From Nostoc sp. PCC 7120 = FACHB-418 (GTDB lineage Bacteria > Cyanobacteriota > Cyanobacteriia > Cyanobacteriales > Nostocaceae), in the NCBI RefSeq assembly GCF_000009705.1, contig NC_003272.1:870001-902000 (forward strand): DNA of 32,000 nt. The letters are read 5' to 3'. A program made the position numbers and the translations under genes. The notes under the pieces were generated by a model. It worked only from the letters and a program-made list of their open reading frames with translations, was not told the origin of the DNA and did no database searches. Each line of letters begins with the position of its first letter. The first letter of the stretch is position 1. Positions 1 through 7,322 of the stretch are shown here, piece after piece.

Positions 1-676
1 TCAACCAATCTTCGATAGTAGCTGCCATTCCTCGCTTCAGTAATACTGGTTTTGGTTGCGCCCCTACTTTTTTCAGTAGGGAGAAATTCTGCATATTTCT
101 TGCACCTACCTGGATGACATCAGCCACTTCTGCAATAATATCCAGTTCTGACGCGTCCATTACTTCAGTGATGATACCCAAACCGCTAACATCCCGCGCC
201 TTTGCCAACAATTCCAAAGCACTTTCGCCGTGACCTTGAAAAGCGTAAGGTGAAGTACGGGGCTTGTATGCACCACCGCGTAAAAACTTAGCGCCGGCTG
301 CCTTGACACGTTGCGCCGTCTCAATAATCATTTCCTCATTTTCCACAGAGCAGGGGCCAGCAACCACCACCAAGGCTTGGTTTTCACCAAATACCACGGA
401 ACCATCTGGAGTATTAACCACTACTTCCGAGGCTTCACCGTGACGATATTGGCGGCTAGCGCGTTTATAAGGCAGTTCTACCCGTAATACTTGCTCAATC
501 CAAGGGCTAACTTCTTGAATTTGTAAGGGGTCTAAGTCGGCGGTTTCACCTACTAAGCCAATTACTACTTTGTGTTTGCCGATAATTTTTTCTGGTGTCA
601 GCCCCCAACTGGTTAATTCATCATTAATCCGGTTGATTTCCACTTCTGGGGAACCGACTTTCATGACTACTATCAT
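1..676 (-). CDS. 3-deoxy-7-phosphoheptulonate (DAHP) synthase, type I-beta; N-terminal ~225 aa, 3' end lies outside the window
   Basis: My own minus-strand translation from the ATG at 676 gives MIVVMKVGSPEVEINRINDELTSWGL...ALVVVAGPCSVENEEMIIETAQRVKAAGAKFLRGGAYKPRTSPYAFQGHGE...VIQVGARNMQNF. It carries the GPCSVE, RGGAYKPRTSPY.FQG and QVGARNMQN motifs of the DAHPS/KDO8PS I-beta family. It is absent from the ORF track because it runs off the window edge. Confidence 0.85.
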   Translation of the reverse strand, partial: MIVVMKVGSPEVEINRINDELTSWGLTPEKIIGKHKVVIGLVGETADLDPLQIQEVSPWIEQVLRVELPYKRASRQYRHGEASEVVVNTPDGSVVFGENQALVVVAGPCSVENEEMIIETAQRVKAAGAKFLRGGAYKPRTSPYAFQGHGESALELLAKARDVSGLGIITEVMDASELDIIAEVADVIQVGARNMQNFSLLKKVGAQPKPVLLKRGMAATIEDWL

Positions 677-939
677 ATAAAAATCCCTATTTATATAGTG
701 ATCAGTTCTCAGTCACCTTGGTTCTTATATATTAATTGGTGACTTCCTCAACGATTTAAATATAGGTTTAATAAATATAAAAAACACAAGCGCTCAGTGC
801 TTTTATGACCGTCTATTGGGTTTAGTTGATGATTATTAATGTTTACTTAGTAATGTTGAAGTTATTCAAGTGTAAACTTCAACATCGACTGGAAAACTTA
901 CCCAACAAGACAGTTATCTGAACACTTGAGCGCCGTTTT

Positions 940-1410
940 TCACACCTTTTTTTGCCGCGTTTCGCGCCAACCTTCCACCATTCGCCCCCAGTTGGTGCCA
1001 AATTCACCTAAACCCAAGAGACTACCAGTTCTTTCTTCATCCCAAGAGGCAGATAGAACACCATAGGTGATCCCCAAAACCCCCAAACCAAAAAATCCCA
1101 TATTCACCAATAAAACAGCGATGGGAGCTAGTTGGATATCAGAATAAATGGTCAGCAGGTAACTAGAAACCAAAGTAGTGATACCCAAAGCTGTTGGTAT
1201 ACCGCAGAATGCCGCTACACGGCGGATCATCCTTTGGCTTACCACTTGGGGAATTGCCATCTCTTCTTTAGTGTAAGGTAGCTGCTTTTTGTCCTGCTTG
1301 TCGGCTTCTTTTAGCTGTACTTGTGGCTTACTGGGAGCTTTTGCAGGTTTTTGGCGCTTTTTTTTTGGTTCAAAAGGCAAACGACCGCGTTCAGATTCTT
1401 CAGCAGGCAT
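940..1410 (-). CDS. PAM68-like photosystem II assembly factor (DUF3464-type membrane protein)
   Basis: The protein is 156 aa with a charged, K/P-rich N-terminus (LPFEPKKKRQKPAK). This is followed by VVSQRMIRRVAAFCGIPTALG and two hydrophobic helices. The pattern matches what I remember of Synechocystis Sll0933/PAM68. Confidence 0.6.
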   Translation of the reverse strand: MPAEESERGRLPFEPKKKRQKPAKAPSKPQVQLKEADKQDKKQLPYTKEEMAIPQVVSQRMIRRVAAFCGIPTALGITTLVSSYLLTIYSDIQLAPIAVLLVNMGFFGLGVLGITYGVLSASWDEERTGSLLGLGEFGTNWGRMVEGWRETRQKKV

Positions 1411-1422
1411 AAAGAGTATTCC

Positions 1423-1692
1423 TTATCCACGAATACCAAGACGACCAATCAAAGCCTGATATTTTTCCCGACTTTCTTGTTGCAAGTAAGCTAGAAGGCG
1501 CTTGCGATGACCAATCAGTTTTAGTAATCCCCGACGAGAAGAATGGTCTTTTTTATTGGCTTGTAGATGCTCACTGAGGCGGTTAATCCGTTCAGTCAGC
1601 ATAGCGATTTGGACATCGGTAGAACCGGTGTCAGTTCCGTGAACTTGGTAGTTATTAATTATTTCTTGTTTGCGCTGTTGCGTCAGAGCCAT
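1423..1692 (-). CDS. rpsO: 30S ribosomal protein S15
   Basis: The 89-aa product is [70 protein letters not shown], a typical S15 sequence along its full length. Confidence 0.95.
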   Translation of the reverse strand: MALTQQRKQEIINNYQVHGTDTGSTDVQIAMLTERINRLSEHLQANKKDHSSRRGLLKLIGHRKRLLAYLQQESREKYQALIGRLGIRG

Positions 1693-1799
1693 GATTGATT
1701 CAATTTATATTCATTCTAAATGTATGCAGCAGTCTCCCATCATATCACAGCCCTTAATTTGTGTGGTGTTTTGCAGAAATATAGGGGCTAGGAGTTGAG

Positions 1800-1813
1800 G
1801 GTACTCTGGTTCG
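1800..1813. promoter_or_regulatory. Candidate LexA box in the rpsO / usp-hoxEF divergent spacer
   Basis: GGTACTCTGGTTCG fits every position of the Anabaena LexA consensus RGTACNNNDGTWCB as I recall it. It lies 129-142 nt upstream of the usp ATG. Confidence 0.4.
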
Positions 1814-1837
1814 TCAAGCATTTGGGATGATTTCCCC

Positions 1838-1868
1838 TCACAAGTTCCTCAAATTATTCTCCTATAAA
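1838..1868 (+). promoter_or_regulatory. Predicted promoter module of the usp-hoxE-hoxF cluster (conserved 30-mer ending in the -10 box TATAAA)
   Basis: TCACAAGTTCCTCAAATTATTCTCCTATAA is 27/30 identical to 13722-13751 upstream of hoxU. TATAAA sits at 1863-1868, which predicts a TSS near 1875. Confidence 0.5.
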
Positions 1869-1941
1869 CAATAGATATAAGGTCAAAACTTGAGTTATGA
1901 GTGCTGAGTAAAAAATTACTCTCCACGCCTCAGAGGTAGAT

Positions 1942-2484
1942 ATGTTAAAAAAAATTTTAGTTGCATTGGATCGCTCCGATATGGGGCAGCAAGTTTTTGA
2001 ACAAGCACTGGTTTTAGCAAAAGCAACACAAGCCAAATTATTACTGCTGCACGTCCTATCTCCAGAAGAAGAAGGTAGTCCGCATATACCGATGGTTTCT
2101 GGTTATGACTACTACCCTGGTTTAAGCGGTCAAAGTTTTGAGATATACCAAAAACAATGGGACAGCTTTAAAGATGAAGGTGTGCGGATGTTGCAAACTC
2201 TGTGTGCCAAAGCAAATACCCAAGGAGTTTCCACTGAATTTTCCCAAACCCTGGGCAACCCTGGTCGCACCATCTGTAAATTAGCCACTAATTGGGATGC
2301 TGATTTAATTGTGATGGGACATCGGGGCTTATCAGGGGTCAAAGAATTTTTCCTTGGCAGTGTCAGTAATTACGTCCTGCACCATACCCCTTGTTCAGTG
2401 CATATAGTGCATGATTTGGGCAGAGTTAAGGATACAGAATCAGCGCAGGATTCAACTCAACAACCGCAGGTAATACCTGCATAG
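1942..2484 (+). CDS. Universal stress protein (UspA family)
   Basis: The 180-aa product has the usual Usp layout: MLKKILVALDRSD...LLLLHV at the N-terminus and DLIVMGHRGLSGVKEFFLGSVSNYVLHHTPCSV at the C-terminus (ATP-binding G-2x-G-9x-G(S/T) type motif). Confidence 0.85.
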   Translation: MLKKILVALDRSDMGQQVFEQALVLAKATQAKLLLLHVLSPEEEGSPHIPMVSGYDYYPGLSGQSFEIYQKQWDSFKDEGVRMLQTLCAKANTQGVSTEFSQTLGNPGRTICKLATNWDADLIVMGHRGLSGVKEFFLGSVSNYVLHHTPCSVHIVHDLGRVKDTESAQDSTQQPQVIPA

Positions 2485-2493
2485 TTAGAAATA

Positions 2494-2553
2494 GGGGTGT
2501 AAGGGTATAGGGGTAAATCTTTCTTTTCCTTACACCCTCACACCCTTACACCC
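2494..2553. repeat. GGGTRTAGGGG inverted-repeat hairpin element, copy 1 of 3
   Basis: GGGGTGTAAGGGTATAGGGGT is followed after a short loop by CCTTACACCCTCACACCCTTACACCC. A perfect 12-bp arm pairs GGGTGTAAGGGT with ACCCTTACACCC (right arm 2542-2553). The element lies just 3' of the usp stop. Confidence 0.65.
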
Positions 2554-2574
2554 AGTAACGACTTCCAATTTCCC

Positions 2575-3069
2575 ATGACTACCACAACGCCACCTCATCC
2601 CCATCCCAGTGGTGACAAACGCTTGAAGATGCTAGATGCAGCTATCAAGCGTCACCAGTATCAGCAAGACGCATTAATTGAAATTCTTCACAAAGCCCAA
2701 GAACTGTTTGGTTACTTAGAAAACGACTTATTACTTTATATTGCCCATAGCTTGAAGCTACCGCCTAGCCGAGTGTATGGGGTAGCAACTTTCTATCATT
2801 TATTTTCCCTAGCGCCCCAGGGAGTCCATAGTTGTGTGGTGTGTACAGGTACGGCTTGTTATGTGAAAGGCTCATCAGCAATTTTGGCAGATTTGGAAAA
2901 AGCTACTCGTATTCACGCTGGGGAAACTACTGCTGATGGTCAATTATCACTGCTAACGGCACGGTGTTTGGGTGCTTGTGGGATTGCTCCGGCTGTGGTT
3001 TTTGATGGCAAAGTCTTAGGTAATCAAACCCCAGAATCAGTGAATGAGCGCGTGCAAGGATGGCTATAA
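2575..3069 (+). CDS. hoxE: Bidirectional hydrogenase diaphorase subunit HoxE (NuoE-like 2Fe-2S protein)
   Basis: The 164-aa product has NuoE-type Cys motifs ([13 protein letters not shown] ... [12 protein letters not shown]). It sits immediately upstream of hoxF. Confidence 0.9.
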   Translation: MTTTTPPHPHPSGDKRLKMLDAAIKRHQYQQDALIEILHKAQELFGYLENDLLLYIAHSLKLPPSRVYGVATFYHLFSLAPQGVHSCVVCTGTACYVKGSSAILADLEKATRIHAGETTADGQLSLLTARCLGACGIAPAVVFDGKVLGNQTPESVNERVQGWL

Positions 3070-3072
3070 AAA

Positions 3073-3339
3073 ATTCAAAATTCAAAATTCAAAATTCAAA
3101 ATTAATAGTACTTACGCAAACAGGTTATCTGTTGAGACTGGGTGTAAGGGGTTCAAGAATTTATACCCTGATACCCCTACACTCCTATACCCTTGTCCAA
3201 ACTTTTGATCTTTCGTTTTCATGCGTAAGTTCTAATTAAGAAAGCCTGGTTTTCTAGGGGTTTTCAAGTTGATCGTAAATTCAAGGGTTTAAATCCCCAA
3301 ATCCAACTGTCTTTAATTTTGAATTTTGAATTTTGAATT
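3073..3339. repeat. Composite nested-palindrome element filling the hoxE-hoxF spacer
   Basis: The outer arms are (ATTCAAA)x4.4 at 3073-3103 and (AATTTTG)x3.6 at 3315-3339, which are reverse complements. The middle arms are ACTTACGCA at 3110-3118 and TGCGTAAGT at 3222-3230. The core at 3140-3194 is copy 2 of the GGGTGTAAGGGG / ACCCCTACAC..ATACCCTT hairpin. Confidence 0.7.
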
Positions 3340-3379
3340 GTTAAATTTGTTGCCTTGTTGTGGAGAGTTGAGAGAAAAC

Positions 3380-5014
3380 ATGGAACTGACTGAATTACTA
3401 GACATTGGCAGACAAGAACGCTCTCAACAGAAACCTGTGCAGATTCGCTGCTGTACGGCGGCTGGTTGTCTGTCTGCGAATTCGCAAGCGGTTCAACAAC
3501 AGTTAGAGCAGGCCGTCAAGGCTGAAGGTTTAGAGGGAGAGGTACAAGTCTCTGGTGTTGGTTGTATGCGCTTGTGTTGTCAGGGGCCTTTGGTTGAGGT
3601 AGAGGGGAGTGGGGAAGAAAAAACAAAACAAAGGCTTTATGAGAAGGTTACGCCTGAAGATGCGTCAGCAATTATTGGTGCTTTGAAGGGGAAAGAGGCA
3701 CAATTGTCAGTTGTTAACTTAGAACAGCCATTTTTTACTTATCAAGCACCAATTGTTTTAGAGAATAGTGGCAAAATTGACCCAGAAAGGATTCAAGCTT
3801 ATATTGCGGCTCAGGGTTATCAGGGGCTTTACCAAGTGTTGCGGGAGATGACACCGGCGGCAGTTGTAGACAGTGTTAGTCGTAGTGGTTTGCGGGGGCG
3901 TGGTGGTGCTGGTTATCCCACGGGCTTGAAATGGGCGACGGTGGCTAAGGCGAAGGGAGAGCGCAAATTTGTCATCTGTAACGCAGATGAGGGAGATCCA
4001 GGGGCTTTCATGGATAGGAGTGTGTTGGAAAGTGATCCGCATCGGGTATTGGAAGGAATGGCGATCGCTGCCTATGCTGTCGGTGCTAGTCAAGGTTATA
4101 TTTATGTCAGGGCAGAATATCCCATTGCCATCAAACGCCTACACACTGCCATTCATCAAGCCCAAAGGCTCGGTTTGTTAGGTAGTAATATATTTGAGTC
4201 TCCCTTTGATTTTAAAATCGATATCCGCATCGGTGCAGGGGCTTATGTATGCGGCGAAGAAACAGCCTTGATGGCTTCCATTGAAGGTAAACGCGGTGTC
4301 CCTCATCCCCGTCCTCCCTACCCGGCTGAATCTGGTTTATGGGGTTATCCTACTTTAATTAATAACGTCGAAACATTCGCCAATATTGCCCCCATTATTC
4401 GTAAAGGTGCGGACTGGTTTGCTAGTATCGGCACGGCTAAAAGTAAAGGGACAAAAGTATTTGCTCTCGCTGGCAAAATCCGCAACACAGGCTTAATTGA
4501 AGTGCCAATGGGTACATCCTTGCGGCAAATAGTGGCAGAAATGGGTGGTGGTATTCCCGATGGTGGTGTTGCCAAAGCTGTACAAACAGGTGGCCCTTCT
4601 GGGGGATGTATTCCCGCTTCGGCTTTTGATACTCCTGTAGACTACGAATCTTTAACTAACTTGGGTTCCATGATGGGTTCTGGTGGGATGATTGTCATGG
4701 ATGACACCACCAACATGGTAGATGTTGCCCGATTTTTTATGGAATTTTGTATGGATGAATCCTGCGGTAAGTGTATTCCTTGCCGGGTGGGGACGGTACA
4801 ACTACATGGATTATTGAGCAAGATTCGGGAAGGTAAGGCTTCACTTGCTGACTTAGAACTGTTAGAAGAACTGTGCGATATGGTAAAAAATACCAGCTTG
4901 TGCGGTCTAGGTCAGTCTGCGCCTAATCCGGTATTTAGTACATTGCACTATTTCCGCGATGAATATTTGGCGTTGATAGCTGTAGGAGCCGTTTCTCTAA
5001 ATTCAACAGATTAA
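3380..5014 (+). CDS. hoxF: Bidirectional hydrogenase diaphorase subunit HoxF (NuoF-like, NAD(P)H/FMN binding)
   Basis: NuoF motifs are present: [32 protein letters not shown] and [12 protein letters not shown], with an N-terminal thioredoxin-like 2Fe-2S domain. I place the start at the ATG at 3380 (MELTELLD). The TTG at 3326 in the ORF track lies inside the heptamer repeat. Confidence 0.9.
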   Translation: MELTELLDIGRQERSQQKPVQIRCCTAAGCLSANSQAVQQQLEQAVKAEGLEGEVQVSGVGCMRLCCQGPLVEVEGSGEEKTKQRLYEKVTPEDASAIIGALKGKEAQLSVVNLEQPFFTYQAPIVLENSGKIDPERIQAYIAAQGYQGLYQVLREMTPAAVVDSVSRSGLRGRGGAGYPTGLKWATVAKAKGERKFVICNADEGDPGAFMDRSVLESDPHRVLEGMAIAAYAVGASQGYIYVRAEYPIAIKRLHTAIHQAQRLGLLGSNIFESPFDFKIDIRIGAGAYVCGEETALMASIEGKRGVPHPRPPYPAESGLWGYPTLINNVETFANIAPIIRKGADWFASIGTAKSKGTKVFALAGKIRNTGLIEVPMGTSLRQIVAEMGGGIPDGGVAKAVQTGGPSGGCIPASAFDTPVDYESLTNLGSMMGSGGMIVMDDTTNMVDVARFFMEFCMDESCGKCIPCRVGTVQLHGLLSKIREGKASLADLELLEELCDMVKNTSLCGLGQSAPNPVFSTLHYFRDEYLALIAVGAVSLNSTD

Positions 5015-5020
5015 TTAGAC

Positions 5021-5158
5021 ATCGCACTCCTCAAAACTACCAAAAAGCGATCGCGCTTTCCCAACATTACACAGGCGATAACTTCGTTAAGCTGCGCTAA
5101 CGCACTCTCCAAAAACCAAAAAGCGATCGCGCTTTCCCAACATCACACACGCGATCGC
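5021..5158. repeat. Tandem pair (period ~77 nt) of a HIP1-capped repeat at the left edge of the TA block
   Basis: 5021-5079 and 5098-5157 are near-identical: (A/T)CGCACTC(C/T)(T/C)C.AAAA(C/-)..CCAAAAAGCGATCGCGCTTTCCCAACAT(T/C)ACACA. The core is GCGATCGC-GC-TTTCCC-AACATCAC-ACAC-GCGATCGC at 5123-5158. Confidence 0.8.
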
Positions 5159-5160
5159 AC

Positions 5161-5556
5161 TCAGCAAATTGTTTTGATGTGTGGATAGTTGAGAACTTTT
5201 TGATCGCAGGTCATGAGTTCTATATTGCGGCGGTAGGCGATCGCAACAATAATACGATCAGCTGGGTCTTTGTGGAAGTCGCCAGGTAATTGGGTACTAG
5301 TAATTGCATCAAGTGGATCGAGTGGTTCTATAGTAATTCCAGGTCGAGTTTTTGCCAGCGCAAACCATTCATTGATGGGAAGGGGGAGTGGTAGTTTCCC
5401 ATTACTATGCTTGATTGCAATTTCCCAAACAGAAATAGCAGAAACAATAAGGGCATTTTGGTTTTCGCCTATGGTTAATAGGGTACGTCCACTCTCAGAA
5501 AGTTGTTCTGGGGAATGGAGCCACCACAGCCAAATGTGGGTGTCTAGCAAAATCAT
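5161..5556 (-). CDS. vapC: Type II toxin VapC (PIN-domain ribonuclease)
   Basis: MILLDTHIWLWW... carries the PIN acidic residues (LLDTH; ...SVWEIAIK...; DPADRIIVA). The ATG at 5556 overlaps the upstream antitoxin stop in an ATGA arrangement. Confidence 0.85.
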   Translation of the reverse strand: MILLDTHIWLWWLHSPEQLSESGRTLLTIGENQNALIVSAISVWEIAIKHSNGKLPLPLPINEWFALAKTRPGITIEPLDPLDAITSTQLPGDFHKDPADRIIVAIAYRRNIELMTCDQKVLNYPHIKTIC

Positions 5557-5819
5557 TGTCCCAAAGCATCCCATAATTCAGGCATGGGTTCGTCAAAATC
5601 TGGAGGAATTGTCAAGGGGATTTTGCGTAGGGGATGCTGAGGAGAGCGATCTGCTGAAAGCAGCAGCGCTTCGCTATCGCTCTTTAAATCAATTGCATCA
5701 GGGGTTGGAGATGGGGGTGATGATTGCACTGTAAGACTTTGAGCTAAAATTTGAAAGATGCGAATCCTTTCTGCTAAGTCGAGGCTGAGAAGTTGTTGCT
5801 CTAGTTCTTGATTGCTCAT
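5553..5819 (-). CDS. Antitoxin partner of VapC (addiction-module component-like)
   Basis: The 88-aa product runs from the ATG at 5819: MSNQELEQQLLSLDLAERIRIFQILAQSL...IPPDFDEPMPELWDAL. It is small, lies upstream of the PIN toxin, and overlaps it by 4 nt. Confidence 0.6.
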   Translation of the reverse strand: MSNQELEQQLLSLDLAERIRIFQILAQSLTVQSSPPSPTPDAIDLKSDSEALLLSADRSPQHPLRKIPLTIPPDFDEPMPELWDALGQ

Positions 5820-5993
5820 AGCTTTGCCCCTAATGACTGTGTTATTTATTTTAGCGGAACTCTCCAATCTGTCCGATGACACATAACGCGATCGCACTCT
5901 CCAAAAACCAAATGCGATCGCATCTATGCACTTCATCCCAAAGTCCCAGTCGTTGTAGGATGGCAAAGACAATATTTTTGGTATATACTATAA

Positions 5994-6269
5994 ATGGGCT
6001 TTGAGTGGGACGACAACAAAGCCGAATCAAATTTTTTGAAACACGGTATCAAATTCGAGGAAGCTGTAACAGTTTTTGCCGACCCGTATCTCATGTTTAC
6101 GGAAGACTCTATTCATTCTCAGGGAGAAGAAAGGGAATGGGCAATTGGTGAAGCGGAAGATGGGTCAATTGTTGTGGTTGTTTTTACCATGCGAGGTGAG
6201 CGAATCAGGATAATTAGCGCAAGAAAAGCGACCAAAAGGGAGTGTCAACAATATGAATCAGGAATCTGA
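5994..6269 (+). CDS. brnT: Type II toxin BrnT (DUF497 ribonuclease)
   Basis: MGFEWDDNKAESNFLKHGIKFEEAVTVFADP...IRIISARKATKRECQQY is the typical BrnT signature. Confidence 0.85.
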   Translation: MGFEWDDNKAESNFLKHGIKFEEAVTVFADPYLMFTEDSIHSQGEEREWAIGEAEDGSIVVVVFTMRGERIRIISARKATKRECQQYESGI

Positions 6270-6519
6270 GTTTCCTTTTGACAAAGCAAGACGAGTTACA
6301 CCAGAAGAAAATCAAAAATTCAGAGATGCGATCGCAGATCAGTTTGGGGTTACACTCAGGAAGCGCGGACGACCGGCTAAGGATGAAGAGGAAAAGTATG
6401 AGCCGATTTCAATCAGATTTCATCCTAAAATCATAGCCTGGGCAAAGGAAGAAGCAGAAAAGCGAGGGATAGGCTATCAAACGGTTATCAATGAAGCACT
6501 ATTGGAGAAAATAGGCTAA
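6253..6519 (+). CDS. brnA: Antitoxin BrnA (RHH/CopG-like)
   Basis: It overlaps brnT by 17 nt. The C-terminus ISIRFHPKIIAWAKEEAEKRGIGYQTVINEALLEKI is typical of BrnA. Confidence 0.8.
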   Translation: MNQESEFPFDKARRVTPEENQKFRDAIADQFGVTLRKRGRPAKDEEEKYEPISIRFHPKIIAWAKEEAEKRGIGYQTVINEALLEKIG

Positions 6520-6672
6520 AAATAAACGAAAGACTTACGTCGCGCCAGCTAGAACTTCGTTCAGCTTTCCTGCGGAACGCTGCGCGAACGCTAACGCATA
6601 AACTCATGGTCTAGTAAAAACTGCGTTCAGCTATCATAAAGGCATAATAAGTGAGCAAAGGTGGTGTAAATA

Positions 6673-6882
6673 ATGCAGACTGATAACATACCACAACAAA
6701 GATTAATCGGTAAAATCCGTCAGCTAGTTCCGGAACAAGTGGTATTAGTTGAAAGATTCATTGATTCTTTATCCCAGAAAAATGAGGAATACAATTTGAC
6801 TTTAGCTGCAACAAAGCTTTCTGAACCAGTTCTGCAAAGAATTTGGGACAACCCCGACGACGCAGAATATGACAAATTATAA
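6673..6882 (+). CDS. Antitoxin of the MazF/PemK-like toxin
   Basis: The 69-aa product overlaps the downstream toxin gene by 14 nt. It has an acidic C-terminus (IWDNPDDAEYDKL) common in such antitoxins. Confidence 0.6.
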   Translation: MQTDNIPQQRLIGKIRQLVPEQVVLVERFIDSLSQKNEEYNLTLAATKLSEPVLQRIWDNPDDAEYDKL

Positions 6883-7210
6883 ATTCGGGGATGTTATCTT
6901 AGTACCCTTTCCCTTCACCGACCAAACAACTACTAAAAAACGTCCATCTGTTGTTGTCAGTTCTACCGATTATCAACGTCAGCGTTCTGATTTAATATTA
7001 ATAGCTGTCACAAGTACTACTAATCCCGTAACTTCTTTTGCTGAAATGACAATTACTGAGTGGAAAGCAGCAGGTTTGTTAAAACCTTCTATTATCAAAC
7101 CAGTTTTAACTACCATTGATAAGATGCTGGTAATTAAGAAGTTAGGAGAACTCCAGGAAGTTGACACTCAAGCGTTACATAATCTTTTACAGATTATTTT
7201 GGGCGGCTAG
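6869..7210 (+). CDS. mazF: Type II toxin, PemK/MazF family endoribonuclease
   Basis: The GDVILVPFPFTDQTTTKKRPSVVVS ... LIAVTS pattern is typical of PemK/MazF. Confidence 0.8.
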   Translation: MTNYKFGDVILVPFPFTDQTTTKKRPSVVVSSTDYQRQRSDLILIAVTSTTNPVTSFAEMTITEWKAAGLLKPSIIKPVLTTIDKMLVIKKLGELQEVDTQALHNLLQIILGG

Positions 7211-7212
7211 AT

Positions 7213-7319
7213 GCGATCGCACTTCTCAACATCACTAAGGCGATCGCATATCAAACCAAAGCCTCATAAATTCGATCACCTTTGCGATCGCACTTCTCCT
7301 ACATCACTCAGGCGTAGCG
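7213..7319. repeat. Tandem pair (period 71 nt) of the same HIP1-capped repeat at the right edge of the TA block
   Basis: 7213-7247 reads GCGATCGCACTTCTCAACATCACTAAGGCGATCGC. 7284-7319 reads GCGATCGCACTTCTCCTACATCACTCAGGCGTAGCG. Both are in the same orientation and share the core of 5123-5158. Confidence 0.8.
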
Positions 7320-7322
7320 TGG

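Noticed and set aside
1828-1842. CRP/FNR-type site TGA-N7-TCA overlapping the shared hox promoter module (also at 13712-13726)
   Set aside because: The half-site spacing is 7 rather than the canonical 6 (CRP) or 4 (FNR TTGAT-N4-ATCAA), and the left half is weak. I report only the conserved block.
1896-1911. Shared 13-mer ATGAGTGCTGAGT (also at about 15235-15247)
   Set aside because: About 15 shared 13-mers are expected by chance in a 32-kb window when both strands are counted. There is no positional logic.
3073-3103. Heptamer arrays (here and at 3315, 15302, 22976, 23691) considered as CRISPR or a telomere-like feature
   Set aside because: The 7-nt units are directly tandem without spacers. 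They fit the STRR-type microsatellites known from heterocystous cyanobacteria.
3326-3379. N-terminal extension of hoxF from the TTG at 3326
   Set aside because: The extension is encoded by the AATTTTG heptamer array (NFELLNLL). The ATG at 3380 gives a normal HoxF N-terminus.
5075-5103. Integron attC interpretation of the small hairpin CGTTAAGC-TGC-GCTAACG (GTTAAGC fits GTTRRRY) between the TA-flanking repeats
   Set aside because: It is far shorter than real attC sites and the complementary RYYYAAC core is imperfect. There is no integrase gene or Pc-like arrangement in the window. I keep only the neutral observation that repeats bracket the cassettes.
5270-5734. 154-aa plus-strand ORF antisense to vapC and its antitoxin
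   Set aside because: It overlaps two well-supported TA genes on the other strand and has no recognisable features.
5820-5972. 51-aa N-terminal extension of the VapC-associated antitoxin
   Set aside because: It runs through the HIP1-capped repeat copy (5888-5921). The 88-aa version from the ATG at 5819 has typical antitoxin size.
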